This document shows positions 47,335 through 59,500 of a DNA stretch of 64,000 nucleotides, piece after piece. The position numbers and the translations under genes were made by a program. Position 1 is the stretch's first letter. Each line of letters opens with the position of its first letter. Origin of the DNA: Thecamonas trahens ATCC 50062 (lineage: Eukaryota; Protista; Apusomonadida); assembly GCF_000142905.1 (NCBI RefSeq), contig NW_013657676.1:1-64000 (forward strand). Direction: 5' to 3'. The notes beneath the pieces were generated by a model, which worked only from the letters and a program-made list of their open reading frames with translations, had not been told where the DNA came from and did no database searches.

Positions 47335-47701
47335 AACACATACACGCACAAGAACAACACAATCACCTGCACCATAGCCTCCCCGAGAGCCTAGATGTCG
47401 TCCAAGGTGATGACCAGCAGTAGCTAATTCGCCCCAACCAACCACCGCATCGCGCCGCACCACCACCGCACCGCACCACCACCACAGGGAAGCCAGGGAA
47501 GCCAGGAAAGCCAGGAAAGCCAGGGAAGGAGAGGAAGGAGGGGGATGGGATGGGCAAGGTCAGTGCGCAAGACGTATACACACTACATACCTCTTTGCGG
47601 TTGAGCGAACCGTCTCCGTCTGTGTCGGCCTTGCGCCATTCACGGGCAACGAGGAGGAAGAACGGGTCGACGTCCGGGAGTGCGGGAGCTGTCGACGACA
47701 T
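44797..47701 (-). CDS. PLC: Phosphoinositide-specific phospholipase C (EF-hands, X, Y, C2; no PH domain), 3 exons: 47701-47591, 46954-46889, 46734-44797
   Basis: SSHNTY..GDQL, GCRCVELDCWDG, IYHGRTLTS, YPVILSLENHC, RVYPKGTRFDSSNY, QLVALNYQT, C2 domain (DPYV, NNGFNPVW). Two phase-0 GT-AG introns (GTATGT..CAG and GTACGG..CAG) join two EF-hands in frame. Confidence 0.92.
47010..47345 (+). repeat. Intronic GA-rich degenerate microsatellite and (TACACA)n
   Basis: gcgagagagcgagcca-type repeats at ~47010-47230 and tacaca repeats at ~47290-47345, inside PLC intron 1. Confidence 0.85.
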
Positions 47702-48284
47702 GACCACGGAATAGAGTCAGGTGCTTCTCAAACAAAGCCCAAAAAAAAATAAAAAGAAAGAAAGCAACCACAAAGGCAACGAATTGCTACTCAACAGCAG
47801 CTGATCAAGAGCTATCGCATCCGACTCACTTGGCCTTGGGAGCATGAACATCGACATGCTGGAAGGGTGTAGCTTGGATGGGAGAAGAGCGATGTGGGGT
47901 TGGGGCGGGAGGATGAGGCAGCAAGATCGCGCTCCCCGCGAGGCGTTTTTCAGGTCGATGAAAGATAGTGGTCCTGAAGAGCAGCTTGCGAATGATTGTA
48001 GCTAGTTATAGATGGGTAGGGCGAGGTGGCTGGTTGCTTACGGGCGGGTGCATGTATTGATGGTTTTAGGGGGTTCAGCGCTGATTAACCAAGCCCGAGT
48101 ATCGGGGTGTGATGACGAGACACACAAAATCATGATCTCCGATTTTGGCTTGCTCAGCTTCGAGCTCGCTGTTCAGTGGCACAGATCCACTCGCGTCGTC
48201 CATGGGACGCAGACTAAAGACGCTACGCCGACCCCGCATGCACGGTTGGAGCCCATCTTCTCCTCATTTTACGGTCTCCCGCAG

Positions 48285-49339
48285 TCACAGTCGAGATCGG
48301 ACAAAGTGGTCGAGCTCCAGCCCATCCAACGAGCCGAGGAACGTTTCCAGCGCGCCGGCGTACCAATCTGGATGGAGCATGAGGTGGGTGCAGTGCGGCG
48401 GGACCCGAGTACCGTCTGGTGTGGGCGGGACCGGGTAGAGCTCGGCACGTAGGCCGGCGGTGACGAGGGCACGGGCCTGGGCCTCGATAAAGTCTGCAGG
48501 CGCGATGTTGTCGCTGGGCGAGTAGAAGAAGGCGACGGGGGCGCGGAGCGGCGGGCGCGGGAAGATCGATGTCCAGAACCGCGACTTCCACTTGCCGACC
48601 CAGGCGTTGAACGGCATGACCGCGTTCCAGTACAGCCAGAAGACGGTGTAGAGCGGGCCCCACGCGAGCCGCGGGAGCGACGAGACCTCCATGACGGCGT
48701 TGGTCCCGTTTGCAGCCGAGGCGTCGATGGGCGTCGAGTCAAAGACGACGCCAGCGACGGCGTGCTTGACCTGCGGGTAAAAGCCTCAATCCAGACAAGC
48801 ATGCGGATGTAGATGTAGACCGAGCCGGAGAAGACGTGAATGACAGCACGGGTCTTCGGCTCGTCGTCAACGAGCGCTGCCAGCGCCGCCACAGTCTTGT
48901 GAGCAATGCGGCAGGCGCGATCGACGCCGTACGTATCCGGCAGCGTTGGAGTGAAGAGCAGCCTCTTGCCAAAGCCACATCTCCCATACACCGCTGCGTA
49001 CTTTCCCATCTGCGCTCTTGTCGAGTAGTTCCACCCGAGCAAGAGGGCCAGCTGCGAGCTCCTCTTGGGCCGCGGCGCCGGCAACGAGATGGAATCGAGG
49101 TCGCTGATGCGGCGATCTTCATGGTCAGGATGGCAAGTAGCGTGGTCATCGACTTCCAGCCACATGCGATCGTTAAACTCGTCGACCTCGCCCGCCAGCT
49201 CGCCCTTTGAGCGGAGGATCTGGACGTCCTCTTCGGTCAGCTCAAAGTCAAAACCAATGTCCTCGAGCCGAGCATGAGCACAGCCTGGGTGCGGGACAGG
49301 AACAGGAGGCAACTGCTGTGTCCCATGTTCTCTATCCAT
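48285..49339 (-). CDS. TMEM53/DUF829-like alpha/beta-fold protein; one apparent 1-nt frameshift; start uncertain (gap nearby)
   Basis: LLLGW....QMGKYAAVY, IHVFSG, VVFDSTP, FFYSPSDNIAP, HCTHL.LHPDWY. The frame is restored by +1 nt at 48779-48782. Confidence 0.7.
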
Positions 49340-49430
49340 ACTCTCTCGCCCGCACGCCCTTCCTCCACCCGCTCTCGGCCTCGGAGCGCAGTGTTGCGTG
49401 TCGAACCTTCGCCCCTGTTGCCCCCCCCCT

Positions 49431-49899
49431 NNNNNNNNNNNNNNNNNNNNNNNNNNNNNNNNNNNNNNNNNNNNNNNNNNNNNNNNNNNNNNNNNNNNNN
49501 NNNNNNNNNNNNNNNNNNNNNNNNNNNNNNNNNNNNNNNNNNNNNNNNNNNNNNNNNNNNNNNNNNNNNNNNNNNNNNNNNNNNNNNNNNNNNNNNNNNN
49601 NNNNNNNNNNNNNNNNNNNNNNNNNNNNNNNNNNNNNNNNNNNNNNNNNNNNNNNNNNNNNNNNNNNNNNNNNNNNNNNNNNNNNNNNNNNNNNNNNNNN
49701 NNNNNNNNNNNNNNNNNNNNNNNNNNNNNNNNNNNNNNNNNNNNNNNNNNNNNNNNNNNNNNNNNNNNNNNNNNNNNNNNNNNNNNNNNNNNNNNNNNNN
49801 NNNNNNNNNNNNNNNNNNNNNNNNNNNNNNNNNNNNNNNNNNNNNNNNNNNNNNNNNNNNNNNNNNNNNNNNNNNNNNNNNNNNNNNNNNNNNNNNNNN
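49431..49899. other. Assembly gap (469 N)
   Basis: Run of N flanked by poly-C tracts. Confidence 1.
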
Positions 49900-50085
49900 T
49901 CTCCCCTACCCCCCCTACCCGTCCTCGATCCCCCCCCCCCCCCTCCCTTCTCCCCTCTCCCCCTGTCCCCCACTGACCTGACCTGCCCTCACCCCACCGT
50001 CAGCCAACCGCCCCCCCTCCCCCCTCCCCGGCCCGCCCTCCCCCCGCCTCCCCCCCCCCCCCCGCACCTCACCTCACCCATCCCA

Positions 50086-51729
50086 ATGTCAGCCTCTCCC
50101 CTTCCGCGGATCCTGCACTTTAACGACGTGTACCACGTCCTCCCCCGGGAAAAGGAACCCATGGGAGGAGCAGCTCGGTTTGCCTCTGCCCTTGCAAGCG
50201 AGCCAGAGGCTCTTGTTCTGTTTTCAGGTGATGCTTTTGCACCTTCGATTGATTCAACCATTACCAAGGGTGCCCACATGCCGGCCATTCTCAACCAGTT
50301 TAACATTGCTGCTGCTTGCTATGGCAATCATGACTTTGATTTCGGGACAGAGCGCCTGGCTACCTTGCTCTCGCGGACAAACTTTCCTTGGATCTGCTCA
50401 AATGTCGATTCTCCCGATGACGGCGAGCCGCTGCTCGGCGCTCATCGCTACCTGGTCATCGAGTGGGCCGGCATCAAGGTCGGGCTGCTTGGCCTGGTCG
50501 AAATCGAGTGGCTCGACACCCTTGCCACCCTTGATAACGACGACGTGGTGTACAGCGACTTTGTGGAGAAGGCTACCGAGCTCGTTTCGCGTCTTCGCAA
50601 CGACGAGGGCGTCGATCTTGTCATTGCGCTCACCCACATGCGCGAGAACAACGACGAGCGCCTCGCCCGCGAGTGCGCAGGCATCGACCTCATTCTTGGC
50701 GGGCACGACCACTTTTTCAAGACTTCCGAGGTCGCCGCCGCCGACGGCTCGGGGTGGACCACCCGAATCTGCAAGTCCGGCACCGACTTTCGCGATCTCG
50801 CCGGCATCACCCTCGACATGGGGCTCGCCGGCAAGCCAGGCTTTGCCACCGTCGAGCACATCGCTATCACCGGCGAGCTCGACGAGCACCCCGACGTCGC
50901 CCCGCTTGTTGCCGCCGTCGGCGACATGCTCGGCGAGACGCTCGACAAGGTGGTCGGCACGTCTCTTGTCGAGCTCGACGCCCGCGCCGCCCACGTCCGC
51001 ACCGGCGAGACGAACCTCGGCAATCTCGTCACCGACATTGTGCGGATTGCCCAGGACTCGGACATCTGCATCCTCAACTCGGGCACGCTCCGCTCCGACG
51101 ACACCTACGGGCCGGGCGAGATCAGGGTCCGCGACATCACAGCCATTCTGCCCATGGAGGACATGATGGTTGTCCTCGAGCTCACTGGCGCCCAGATCCG
51201 CGCCGCCCTTGAGAATGGCGTCTCCAAGTACCCGACCCACGAGGGCCGCTTCCCGCAAGTCTCGGGCATCCTCTTTGTCTTTGATCCCGACGCCGTGCCA
51301 GGCGCCCGCATCGTCTCGGTCGACGTCGTCGCCGCCGACGGCTCCACCACCCCGCTAGACAGCGATGCCTCCTACCGCGTCTCTACCAAAGAGTACCTGG
51401 CCTCGGGCAAGGACGGTTTCACCATGTTTGCCGATGCCAAGGTTCTCGTCGACGGTGAGTGCGGCGTCATGCTCCCTACCGCCCTCCGCAACCACTTTAT
51501 CATGCTCAACACCCTTGCCGCTCTCCGCAACGCAGAGACATGCTTCCACAAGGCGGTGCGCTTCTTCCACGGCAACCTCGAGAGGGCCCACTCCGAGGAG
51601 GCGACCAAGTCTAGCGACGAGAAAGCGCGCCGCAAGTCGTTTTGGGACCGCGAGTTTGCCGTCAACACCCGCGTCGAGGGCCGCATCCGGACCGTCGGCC
51701 AAGACATGCCCTCCCTCTCTTCACCGTAG
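50086..51729 (+). CDS. 5'-nucleotidase/apyrase family (calcineurin-like metallophosphoesterase + 5'-nucleotidase C domain), no signal peptide
   Basis: ILHFNDVY, GGAARF, FSGDAF, YGNHDFDFG, IALTHM, LILGGHDH, ETNLGNLVTD, LNSGTLR, GRFPQVSG, GKDGF. Confidence 0.92.
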   Translation: MSASPLPRILHFNDVYHVLPREKEPMGGAARFASALASEPEALVLFSGDAFAPSIDSTITKGAHMPAILNQFNIAAACYGNHDFDFGTERLATLLSRTNFPWICSNVDSPDDGEPLLGAHRYLVIEWAGIKVGLLGLVEIEWLDTLATLDNDDVVYSDFVEKATELVSRLRNDEGVDLVIALTHMRENNDERLARECAGIDLILGGHDHFFKTSEVAAADGSGWTTRICKSGTDFRDLAGITLDMGLAGKPGFATVEHIAITGELDEHPDVAPLVAAVGDMLGETLDKVVGTSLVELDARAAHVRTGETNLGNLVTDIVRIAQDSDICILNSGTLRSDDTYGPGEIRVRDITAILPMEDMMVVLELTGAQIRAALENGVSKYPTHEGRFPQVSGILFVFDPDAVPGARIVSVDVVAADGSTTPLDSDASYRVSTKEYLASGKDGFTMFADAKVLVDGECGVMLPTALRNHFIMLNTLAALRNAETCFHKAVRFFHGNLERAHSEEATKSSDEKARRKSFWDREFAVNTRVEGRIRTVGQDMPSLSSP

Positions 51730-51770
51730 TTGTTCCACCGTAGCCAACCGTAGCCTGCTCGACTCCATGT

Positions 51771-53393
51771 TTACGAGGATGACGAGAGATCGGCAAACAC
51801 ATCGCTGCTCGATGACGAGTCGGCACGGGCGCGGCCACGGCGGCGGCGGTCGCCGCCCGACTCGGACGACGAGTCGGAGAGGTTGGCAAAAACGTCCGAG
51901 GTCGACGATGATGAGCCGCCGCGGCGGCGACGGCCACGGCCGCGCCCGCGGCCGCCACCCGACGACGACGACGAGTCGTCCGACTCGGGATCGTTGTAGT
52001 CAAAGAGCGACGACGACTCGAGGATCGAGTCGGATGACGAGAGCGCGTCAAAGACGTTCTCCGACGACGAGCAAGCGTCCGAGGCAAAGACAGAGGTGGC
52101 GGCACGGCGACCGGCGTCCTCACCGCCAAACAGGCCGGACGAGTCGTCCGAGAGCGAGGCGTCGTCCGAATACGGCACGACGTCGTACGACTCGTCGTCG
52201 CCCGAGCCCGGGTCCGAGCCGCGAGTTGCCACCCGTGCCAGCAGGATCTTGAGCGCCTCCTTGAAAAACGCAATGTGCTCGCCGTTGCCGGTGTTAAGAT
52301 GGCCGGTACCGTCGACGTCGACCGCGCGGAAGGCCTTGACCAGATCCGCCACCTTGAGGTACTCAAAGTCAGACGAGGTGGCAAAGAACTTGCGGAACTT
52401 GGAGATGACCCGCGCCTTGGGCACATACCCGATCCCGTGGTACCCGACGACGTCGTCGACAAAGTCAAAGGCGTGCGAGTCGGATGGGTAGAGGAGCCAC
52501 CGCTCGACCGCCGTCGCGATCCGTCGCTTCTGGATCCGCACGTACCGCGCGTCCATGTCCTTCATGTTCTTGAGCTTGAGGTCGATGAGCTCGTGGTTCT
52601 CGCCCTTGTACCACGGCACAGGATCCGTGTCAAGCATCTCCTCCACCCCACCCACCGCCGCCCCGCGCCGTCGGTGGTGCCTGCCGTGCCGCCCGTGCTT
52701 GCCGCCGTGCGACGACCGTGACCGCCTGCTCCGCCGCCGCATCACCCGCTCACCGTACTCGTCGTACTCGCCGGCGTAGAAGCCATCGTCATACGCCGAG
52801 TACATCCCCAGCGCCGCGGGATCCATGTCCACCATCTCGTACTTGTGCGGCTTCGACTTGGCCTTGGTCTTGTGACTCCCTCTGACATACCGCCCGCTTC
52901 CAGGCGGCTGCGTCGACTTGCGCCGCCGCACCTTGGGCTTCAGCGCGTCCTCGCCCACGTCCACAAACCGGGTCACAGAGCTGGAGCTGCCACCCGATCC
53001 GGATCCCGACCCCGATCCCGAGCTCTTGCCCTTGTGACTCTTCCGCTTGCCCTTGCCCTTGCCCTTGCCCTTGCGACTCTTGCCCTTGCGGCTCTTGCCC
53101 TTGCCCTTGCCCTTGCCCTTGCGACTCTTGCCCTTGCCCTTTCCCTTGCGGCTGCCGTCAGCTTCTGTCTCCGATCCGTCTTCCGATGCGACCTTGCGGA
53201 TCTTCTTCGTCTTCTTCTTGATCTTGGTCTTCTTTGTCTTTTCGACCACCTTCTTCTTCCCCTTCCCCTTCCCCTTCCCCTTGCTCTTGCTCTTGGCCGT
53301 CTCGAACACGTTCTTCACCTCGTCATCACTCTCGGACGACTTCTTCTTGCTCACCTTCCTCCGCTTCTTCCGCTTTCCCTCGCCACCAGCCAT
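51771..53393 (-). CDS. Hypothetical low-complexity Lys/Gly/Ser-rich protein with one EF-hand-like loop
   Basis: ATG at 53393; KGKGKG repeats; globular middle with FRAVDVDGTGHL. Confidence 0.55.
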   Translation of the reverse strand: MAGGEGKRKKRRKVSKKKSSESDDEVKNVFETAKSKSKGKGKGKGKKKVVEKTKKTKIKKKTKKIRKVASEDGSETEADGSRKGKGKGKSRKGKGKGKGKSRKGKSRKGKGKGKGKRKSHKGKSSGSGSGSGSGGSSSSVTRFVDVGEDALKPKVRRRKSTQPPGSGRYVRGSHKTKAKSKPHKYEMVDMDPAALGMYSAYDDGFYAGEYDEYGERVMRRRSRRSRSSHGGKHGRHGRHHRRRGAAVGGVEEMLDTDPVPWYKGENHELIDLKLKNMKDMDARYVRIQKRRIATAVERWLLYPSDSHAFDFVDDVVGYHGIGYVPKARVISKFRKFFATSSDFEYLKVADLVKAFRAVDVDGTGHLNTGNGEHIAFFKEALKILLARVATRGSDPGSGDDESYDVVPYSDDASLSDDSSGLFGGEDAGRRAATSVFASDACSSSENVFDALSSSDSILESSSLFDYNDPESDDSSSSSGGGRGRGRGRRRRGGSSSSTSDVFANLSDSSSESGGDRRRRGRARADSSSSSDVFADLSSSS

Positions 53394-53782
53394 GATTCTT
53401 CTGCTCACTTATCATTCACCACCATCAACACTCTCTCGGTAAGCACCTTGTTTCGCCCCCCCCTCCCCCCCTCCCCCCCTCCCTCCCTCCTTCCTCGCCC
53501 ACTTCCTCTTCTCCAGGTCGTCGTTCGGCCGAGCCGCAATGTCGTCATTTTTTCCCTTGCCTGCTTGACTTTGTCGAACTCGTCTTGACCTCCACACCCA
53601 TAAACCCCAACTAAACCCACACGGTCGTGTTTGCGCTTCTCTGCTCTTCATTTACATATGCGTACCTCACAGTGGGAGAGTAGGGTAGCCCCGTTACACT
53701 TTGCTGAGTGACCAGCTGTTGCCGTCGCCCGTCGCCCGCCCGCCGTCGACCATTGCCTGAACCAACGGACGGCTCATGACGG

Positions 53783-53900
53783 CGAACAACGAACAGCGAA
53801 CAACGAACAACGAACAACGAACAACGAACAACGAACAACGAACAACAAACAACGAACAACGAACAACGAACAACGAACCACGAACAACGAACAACGAACA
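53783..53900 (+). repeat. (CGAACAA)n heptamer tandem repeat
   Basis: About 16 tandem units with few variants, intergenic. Confidence 0.9.
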
Positions 53901-54409
53901 GCTAACGACATAGTACGAAGCGACAAACGTGCAACAGCAACGATCATCAAACTACAGCCTTCCTTCATGCCACCTACCACCATCCTGCTACTGCTGTCCT
54001 GCCACTACCACACTCTACCACCGTACTATTGCCATCACCGTCAACCGTCGCTCTCGTCAGTTGACACTGGCTGCCATGCACCGAAACCAGAAAAAATGGA
54101 ACAAAAACACCCTCCTTTTTCCCACCTCCGATCTTTCCTTCCTTCCCTCCGCCCCCCCCCCCCCCACCCCCCCGCTCCCCCCACCCCCCCTGCTCTCCTT
54201 CCCAACTTTCTCTCTTCCCATAATGTTTATCTCTATTTCATCGTTCCTCCTCCCTCTCCCCTACATCATCTCCGACCCCTCCCTCTTCCCTGCCTGGACA
54301 AAAAAACTGCTATGATCCACAAGGGACCCGCAAAACCCACGCCGAGCCGGCGCACTGCCCCCTCACACCGGTCTCCACATAGCTGTCTACTGCGTTCACC
54401 CGCGTCAAG

Positions 54410-56061
54410 ATGAAGCTGACGAGTACTAGTGCTGTGTGTGTGACTCTTGTTGTCGTTGCCCTTGCCCTCGTTGTTGACGGCCGCAAGTCGTTCATTACCG
54501 GCAACACGCTCTCGGACCGATTCCTCGGCTATGACGAGGAGAAGGATGACTTTGCTGTGGAAGACTACGCTGCGTGGATTGTGGAGCGGGCGCTGATTGT
54601 GCTTCTCATTGGCCTCATCCATCTCTTCCTCATTCCGACCTTCCTCATTCTCCGTTGCTGCTGCTCGTGCTTTGGTGGTCGCGCCACCAAGTTCTCCAAC
54701 TGGTCCACCGCTACGCTCGGCTGCCGCCATGGCTCGCCGCGTAAGCACTACTCGGTGAAGTGGGTCCGCGTCCTCATCTTCTTTGTCCTCGCCTGTGCCG
54801 TTGGCGTTGGCATCTTTACTGTCATCGGCCTTGCCGGCAACGGCACCTTCCAGAAGGGCGCCACCGAGACGACCGACGACATGGTTGTCGCCTCGGCTGA
54901 CCTGCGCAACTCGGTTGTCCGCGTCCGCAACCGCATCGCCGGCGTCTCGGTCACCTCAGACAACGCCGCAGAGATGGATCCGGCCGTCACAGCTGGTAAC
55001 GACATTGTCAAGCGCGGCAACGACATCGACGATGCTTTTGACACTATCAAGACCATCCTCAACATCTTTGTCTACATCTACTTTCTCATCCCCATGGTGC
55101 TCACCGTCGTCGCCGTCCTCTTTATGCTCTTCCGCATCACCAAGTGCCATGCCTTTATCTGCTTTGCCAACTGCAACTGGTTCGTGGTCTTCATCCTCGC
55201 CGCCGTCATGACCGCCTTTGTCGCCCTCAACCTCCTCCTCGACGATGCGTGCAAGGAGGTGACCTCGTTCCGCAGCGACTCGTCGTCGTCATCGCGCCGC
55301 CTCTTCAACGACGCCCTTAACTGCGCCAAGAACTCGTCCGATGGCTCCGGCCTTGGCGCGCTCACCAAGGTCGCCCGTGATGGTATCGCCGAGGCCCGTA
55401 CCGCTGCCTGCCAGGCTGTCTCCTCGCTGTGCGGACAGGGCAACACAGACTGCTCTGCACAGCCAGCCACCTGCAACTCGGACAACGTCAACTCCTACCG
55501 CGCCTCCACCATCACCACTACCCGCACCGATGGCAACACGGGGCCCATCACCTTTGTCCAGTGCGCCTCGCTCTGCGCTATCTCGTCGGAGCAGCAGCTC
55601 GCCGACCGCTACAACGACACCACCGCCGACGCCGACATCCTCACCGTCATCATCGACGAGGACATCCAGCCCATTGTCCAGTGCAACTTTATTGACCGCA
55701 TCGTCGTTGACATCGACGTCAACGTCTGCGAGACCGCCCACGCCGGCGTCCGCCTCATGATCGCTGCCGCCTTCTTCCTCGGCCTCCTCTACGACATGCT
55801 CTCCGTCTCGTACGTCATGGGCCAGAAGCGCTTCTCCTCCAATGCTCTCTCCAGCAGCGACAAGGCTGCCGCCCCGCCTTTGGCGCCGCCGCCGCCGGCG
55901 CCAACTACTCCAGCGCCTACTCGGACGACGAGGCCGCCCTCACCTCGCTCGACAACTCGTCTGACGCCACCTCGACTGGTTCGGCCACAGGCTCTGCCAC
56001 CGGCTCGGCCACCGGCTCTGCCACTGGATCGACGTCGGCCTCGGCCTCGTACTCGTCGTAA
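54410..56061 (+). CDS. Multipass membrane protein with Cys-rich extracellular loop, tweety/prominin-like; one apparent 1-nt frameshift in the tail
   Basis: Signal peptide + ~5 TM segments; RCCC after TM1; GLAGN after TM2; DAC after TM4; Cys-rich loop. +1 C at 55872-75 gives a Ser/Thr/Gly tail ending at TAA 56061. Confidence 0.55.
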
Positions 56062-56511
56062 TTAACTTTACCTCGGCAGGACGTGCTGAACAGTTCCTGT
56101 GTCCTACCCGCTCCGCGCGATTTGTTCTCCCATCATTGAACTTGTCGCTGCGTGGAGTGTACCCCGATCCCCCTTTCTCTTGCACCTACTCGCTCTGTCC
56201 GACCTGATCCCGACTCTCTTCCTCACCACAGTCGCCATCACGACAACAGCCGCGAACTCAATGGCGATCGCGATCACGATCACGATCACGATCAACCCAC
56301 CTCCCTCACCCACGCCCACCGCCACCTCTCCCTCCCCCCTACCTCCCCCACTTCCACTCAACACGCCATGGTACGGGCCTCCCCCCCCCCCTACCCACTG
56401 CTCCGCCCCCCCCCCTTCTCTCCACTAACCCCCCCCCTACCCCTCCCCCACCTTGCCACCCTCCCCCCCGCCCGCGCCGCCAACGGCCGTCCGTTGGCTG
56501 CAACCACAACC

Positions 56512-59500
56512 ATGGAACGTTTGTCACGGAACAATAGTCTGGGCCCAACTGGGGCGCAGAGGGACTTGCGCTGGAACAGACACGACGGGAACGGATTGAA
56601 GCGAGGAGGGATGAAGCAAGGCGGCTGAGGCAACAGCAGGTAGCTCAGCTGGCCAGATCGCCTGGCTTGGCCGGAGGGTCGTCGGCGGCCGTGACCGCCG
56701 GATCGCCTGCTGCCTCGCGCCAGGCGCTCCTTGCTGCTCAGCTGGCGGCAGAGATGCGCTCGCCAGCAGCAGACTCGACAGAAACGCCTTCCGCCTATCT
56801 CCCACTGCAGGGCCGCGGCTCGGTCTCACCTGGACCCGGACCATCCGGCTCGGCCGGCCGTGGCGCTGGCGGCGGCTACACAGAGACGTACGCGCTGGCG
56901 GCGCCTGATCCGCCGCTCCGGAATCTGGCGCCGCTGAGCGAGCCGCCGAAGCGGAGCGCGAGCCCGGGCGCGTGGCTGAGCAGAGGCAACAACAGCAGAG
57001 GCAACAGCGCCGCGCCATCGATGCTTCCAGCGCGGCCGCATCCGGACACAGTGGCGCTCCAGCTGGAGCTTGAGAACCTCCGCGACGACATGCGGGTGGC
57101 AACGTCGGTCATGACCGACCTGCGGTCGCGGCTGGGCTCGATGGAGCTTGCTGCCCGCAACGACGCCGAGCTTCAGTCTGAGCTCCTGTCCAAGGTCTCG
57201 CAGCTCGAGCGCGACCGCGAGGTTCTCCGCTCCTCGCTGCAGCACCAGATGCAGCTGGACCAGTCGGAAATGTCCAAGCTGGCGACCGCAGTGGCACGGG
57301 TGGACGAGAACTCGGAGCGCAAGCGGCAGGAGGACTCGATCTCGATGTCACGGGTCCTGGACGAGGTCCGCACGCTCAAGTCTGCGCTGGTCCAAGTTCA
57401 GATGGACGCGTCGTCACAGTCGAACGAGCTGGCGAACGTGGTCCAGCGCCTTGCGCTCGATTCGAAGGACGGGCAGATGCAGTTGCTCTCGTTTGAGGAA
57501 CGCGAGCGTCAGAACCACAGCGCCGCTGCGGCGTCGGCGGCCTCGCTCCGTGACAAGCTCTCGGAGCTCGAGGCTGTCACCTCGGCGCTGCAGATCGAGA
57601 TCCAGGACACCCGGCGGCGGGCGGCGGCACAGAAGGACGCGCTTGTTCTCGCCATCGACGAGGTCAAGGGCCTTGTTAACTCCAAGGAGTCAACGCTGCA
57701 GAGCAAGATCCACGACGCGGTCAAGCACCTGTCGGCCATGGTCGAAAATGCCGATGCAGCGCGGGCGCAGGACGCGCAAGTCCTCCGGGCCGCGCAAGAG
57801 AGCGAGTCTAAGATGGCGCTCGACCGCGAGGCGTACAACAACACCACTATCTCCAACCGCTTTTCGCAGCTCGAGTCTGCGCTTCACGACGAGCAGGCGG
57901 CCCGGTCCAAGCTCGAGCAAGAGCTGTGGACTCACTTTGACACGCGCTGGCGAAAGATGGAGGACGCAAACCACCAGGCAAGCCTGCTCCGCGCCAACGA
58001 GGAAAAGATCTTCCGCGCCGAGTTTCTGGAGGGCCTGCAGACGCTGCGGGCGTCGGTGGCTGCGGTCGAGGAGGAGGCTCGCGCTCAGATTGAGGGCGTG
58101 GAGGCACTGGTCCGCGCCGAGACCAAGGCGCGACTGCAGTCGGATGCGTTGCACACCTCGCACTGGGAGAATGTCAAGGCGCTGGTGGGCAGCAGCCCGA
58201 AATGATGGAGGCGCTGGTTCGCAACGCCGAGTCGCGGACAGCATCGACCGTCGAGTCGCTCAAGCGCGCCATGAACGAGGAGACGCACCGAATCTCGGAC
58301 GCCTATGCCAAGGCGCAGTCGCAGTTTGACCTCTCTATTGCTGGTGCGACCAAGCGGCTTGCGGCCGTCGAGAACAAGGTGACCGACGCCCTGGCTTCGC
58401 TCTCGTCCCAGATCGACACGGTCCGACGCGACTCGGTCTCGTCGGTGACCCAGTGGAAGGACTTTATGGAGGCGCAGCTGCTTGCGCTCGACGCCAAGGT
58501 CGCCCAGCTTGCGCCACAGTCGTCGCAAGCGACCAAGGCGCTCCGCATGGCCAAGATGGAGCTGGATGCGTCGATCAAGGCCGAGGGAGCGACCCGTGCC
58601 GAGGAGCTGGCCCGCCTCAAAAAGCAGATTGCGCGCAAGTCGGATGACACGCGACTCTCGTCGCTGCAGCAGAGCCAGACGGCAGCCATGGCCGAGGTCC
58701 AGAATCGGCTGGCCGATCTTGCCAACTCGCTCTCGACAACCGAGAGCAACGTCTTGCTCATCAAGAGTGAGTCGCTCTCCTACAAGCAGTCGCTCGACGA
58801 GCAGGCTCGCGTCACTGCCACTCTTCACTCGCAGTGGGAGGCTGCCAAGCTGGGTGAGGGGCGGTCGCAGCCGTACGACAACGTTCGGGCCGAGCGGGCA
58901 CGATCCCGATCCCGATCCCGATCCCGATCCCGATCCCGATCCCGCTCCCGTTCGCGGTCTGCACCAAAGTCGCGGTCGCGGTCGCGGTCGCGGTCGCGGT
59001 CGCAGTCACGATCCCGGTCGCGGTCGCGGTCGCAGTCACGATCCCGGTCGCAGTCCCGGTCGCGGTCGCGGTCGGGATCGCGGTCCGACACCAATGCAAG
59101 GGTGCGGATCGACACGCGCAACCGTGACGAGCGGTCGCGGCGTGGCGGAGCTCGTGGTCGTGGCGGAACTCGTTCTCGTGGTCGTGGTCGTGGTCGTGGT
59201 CGTGGGTACGGACGTCAGACTCAGGCCGACGTCCGGGCGGAGCGCGAAATGCAGCGGGGTGATCACGAGCGCGAGGAGCGCGAGCTGCGCGCCCGCGAGG
59301 CACTCGAGCGTGACGAGCGCGAGCGTGAAGCTCGCCGTGCACGCGAGGAGCGTGAGCGCGAGGAGCGTGAAGAGCGTGAGCGTGAGGAGCGTGAGCGTGA
59401 GCGCCGCAGCTATGAGCGCGAGATCGAAGAACGAGATCGTGCCGCCCGCAGGCGCGATCAAGCTGAGCGCGAACGCATCGAACGCGAGCGCGCTGCTGTT

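Noticed and set aside
53783-53900. Heptamer array as a CRISPR array or interstitial telomere
   Set aside because: A simple tandem repeat without spacers; not a TTAGGG-like unit.
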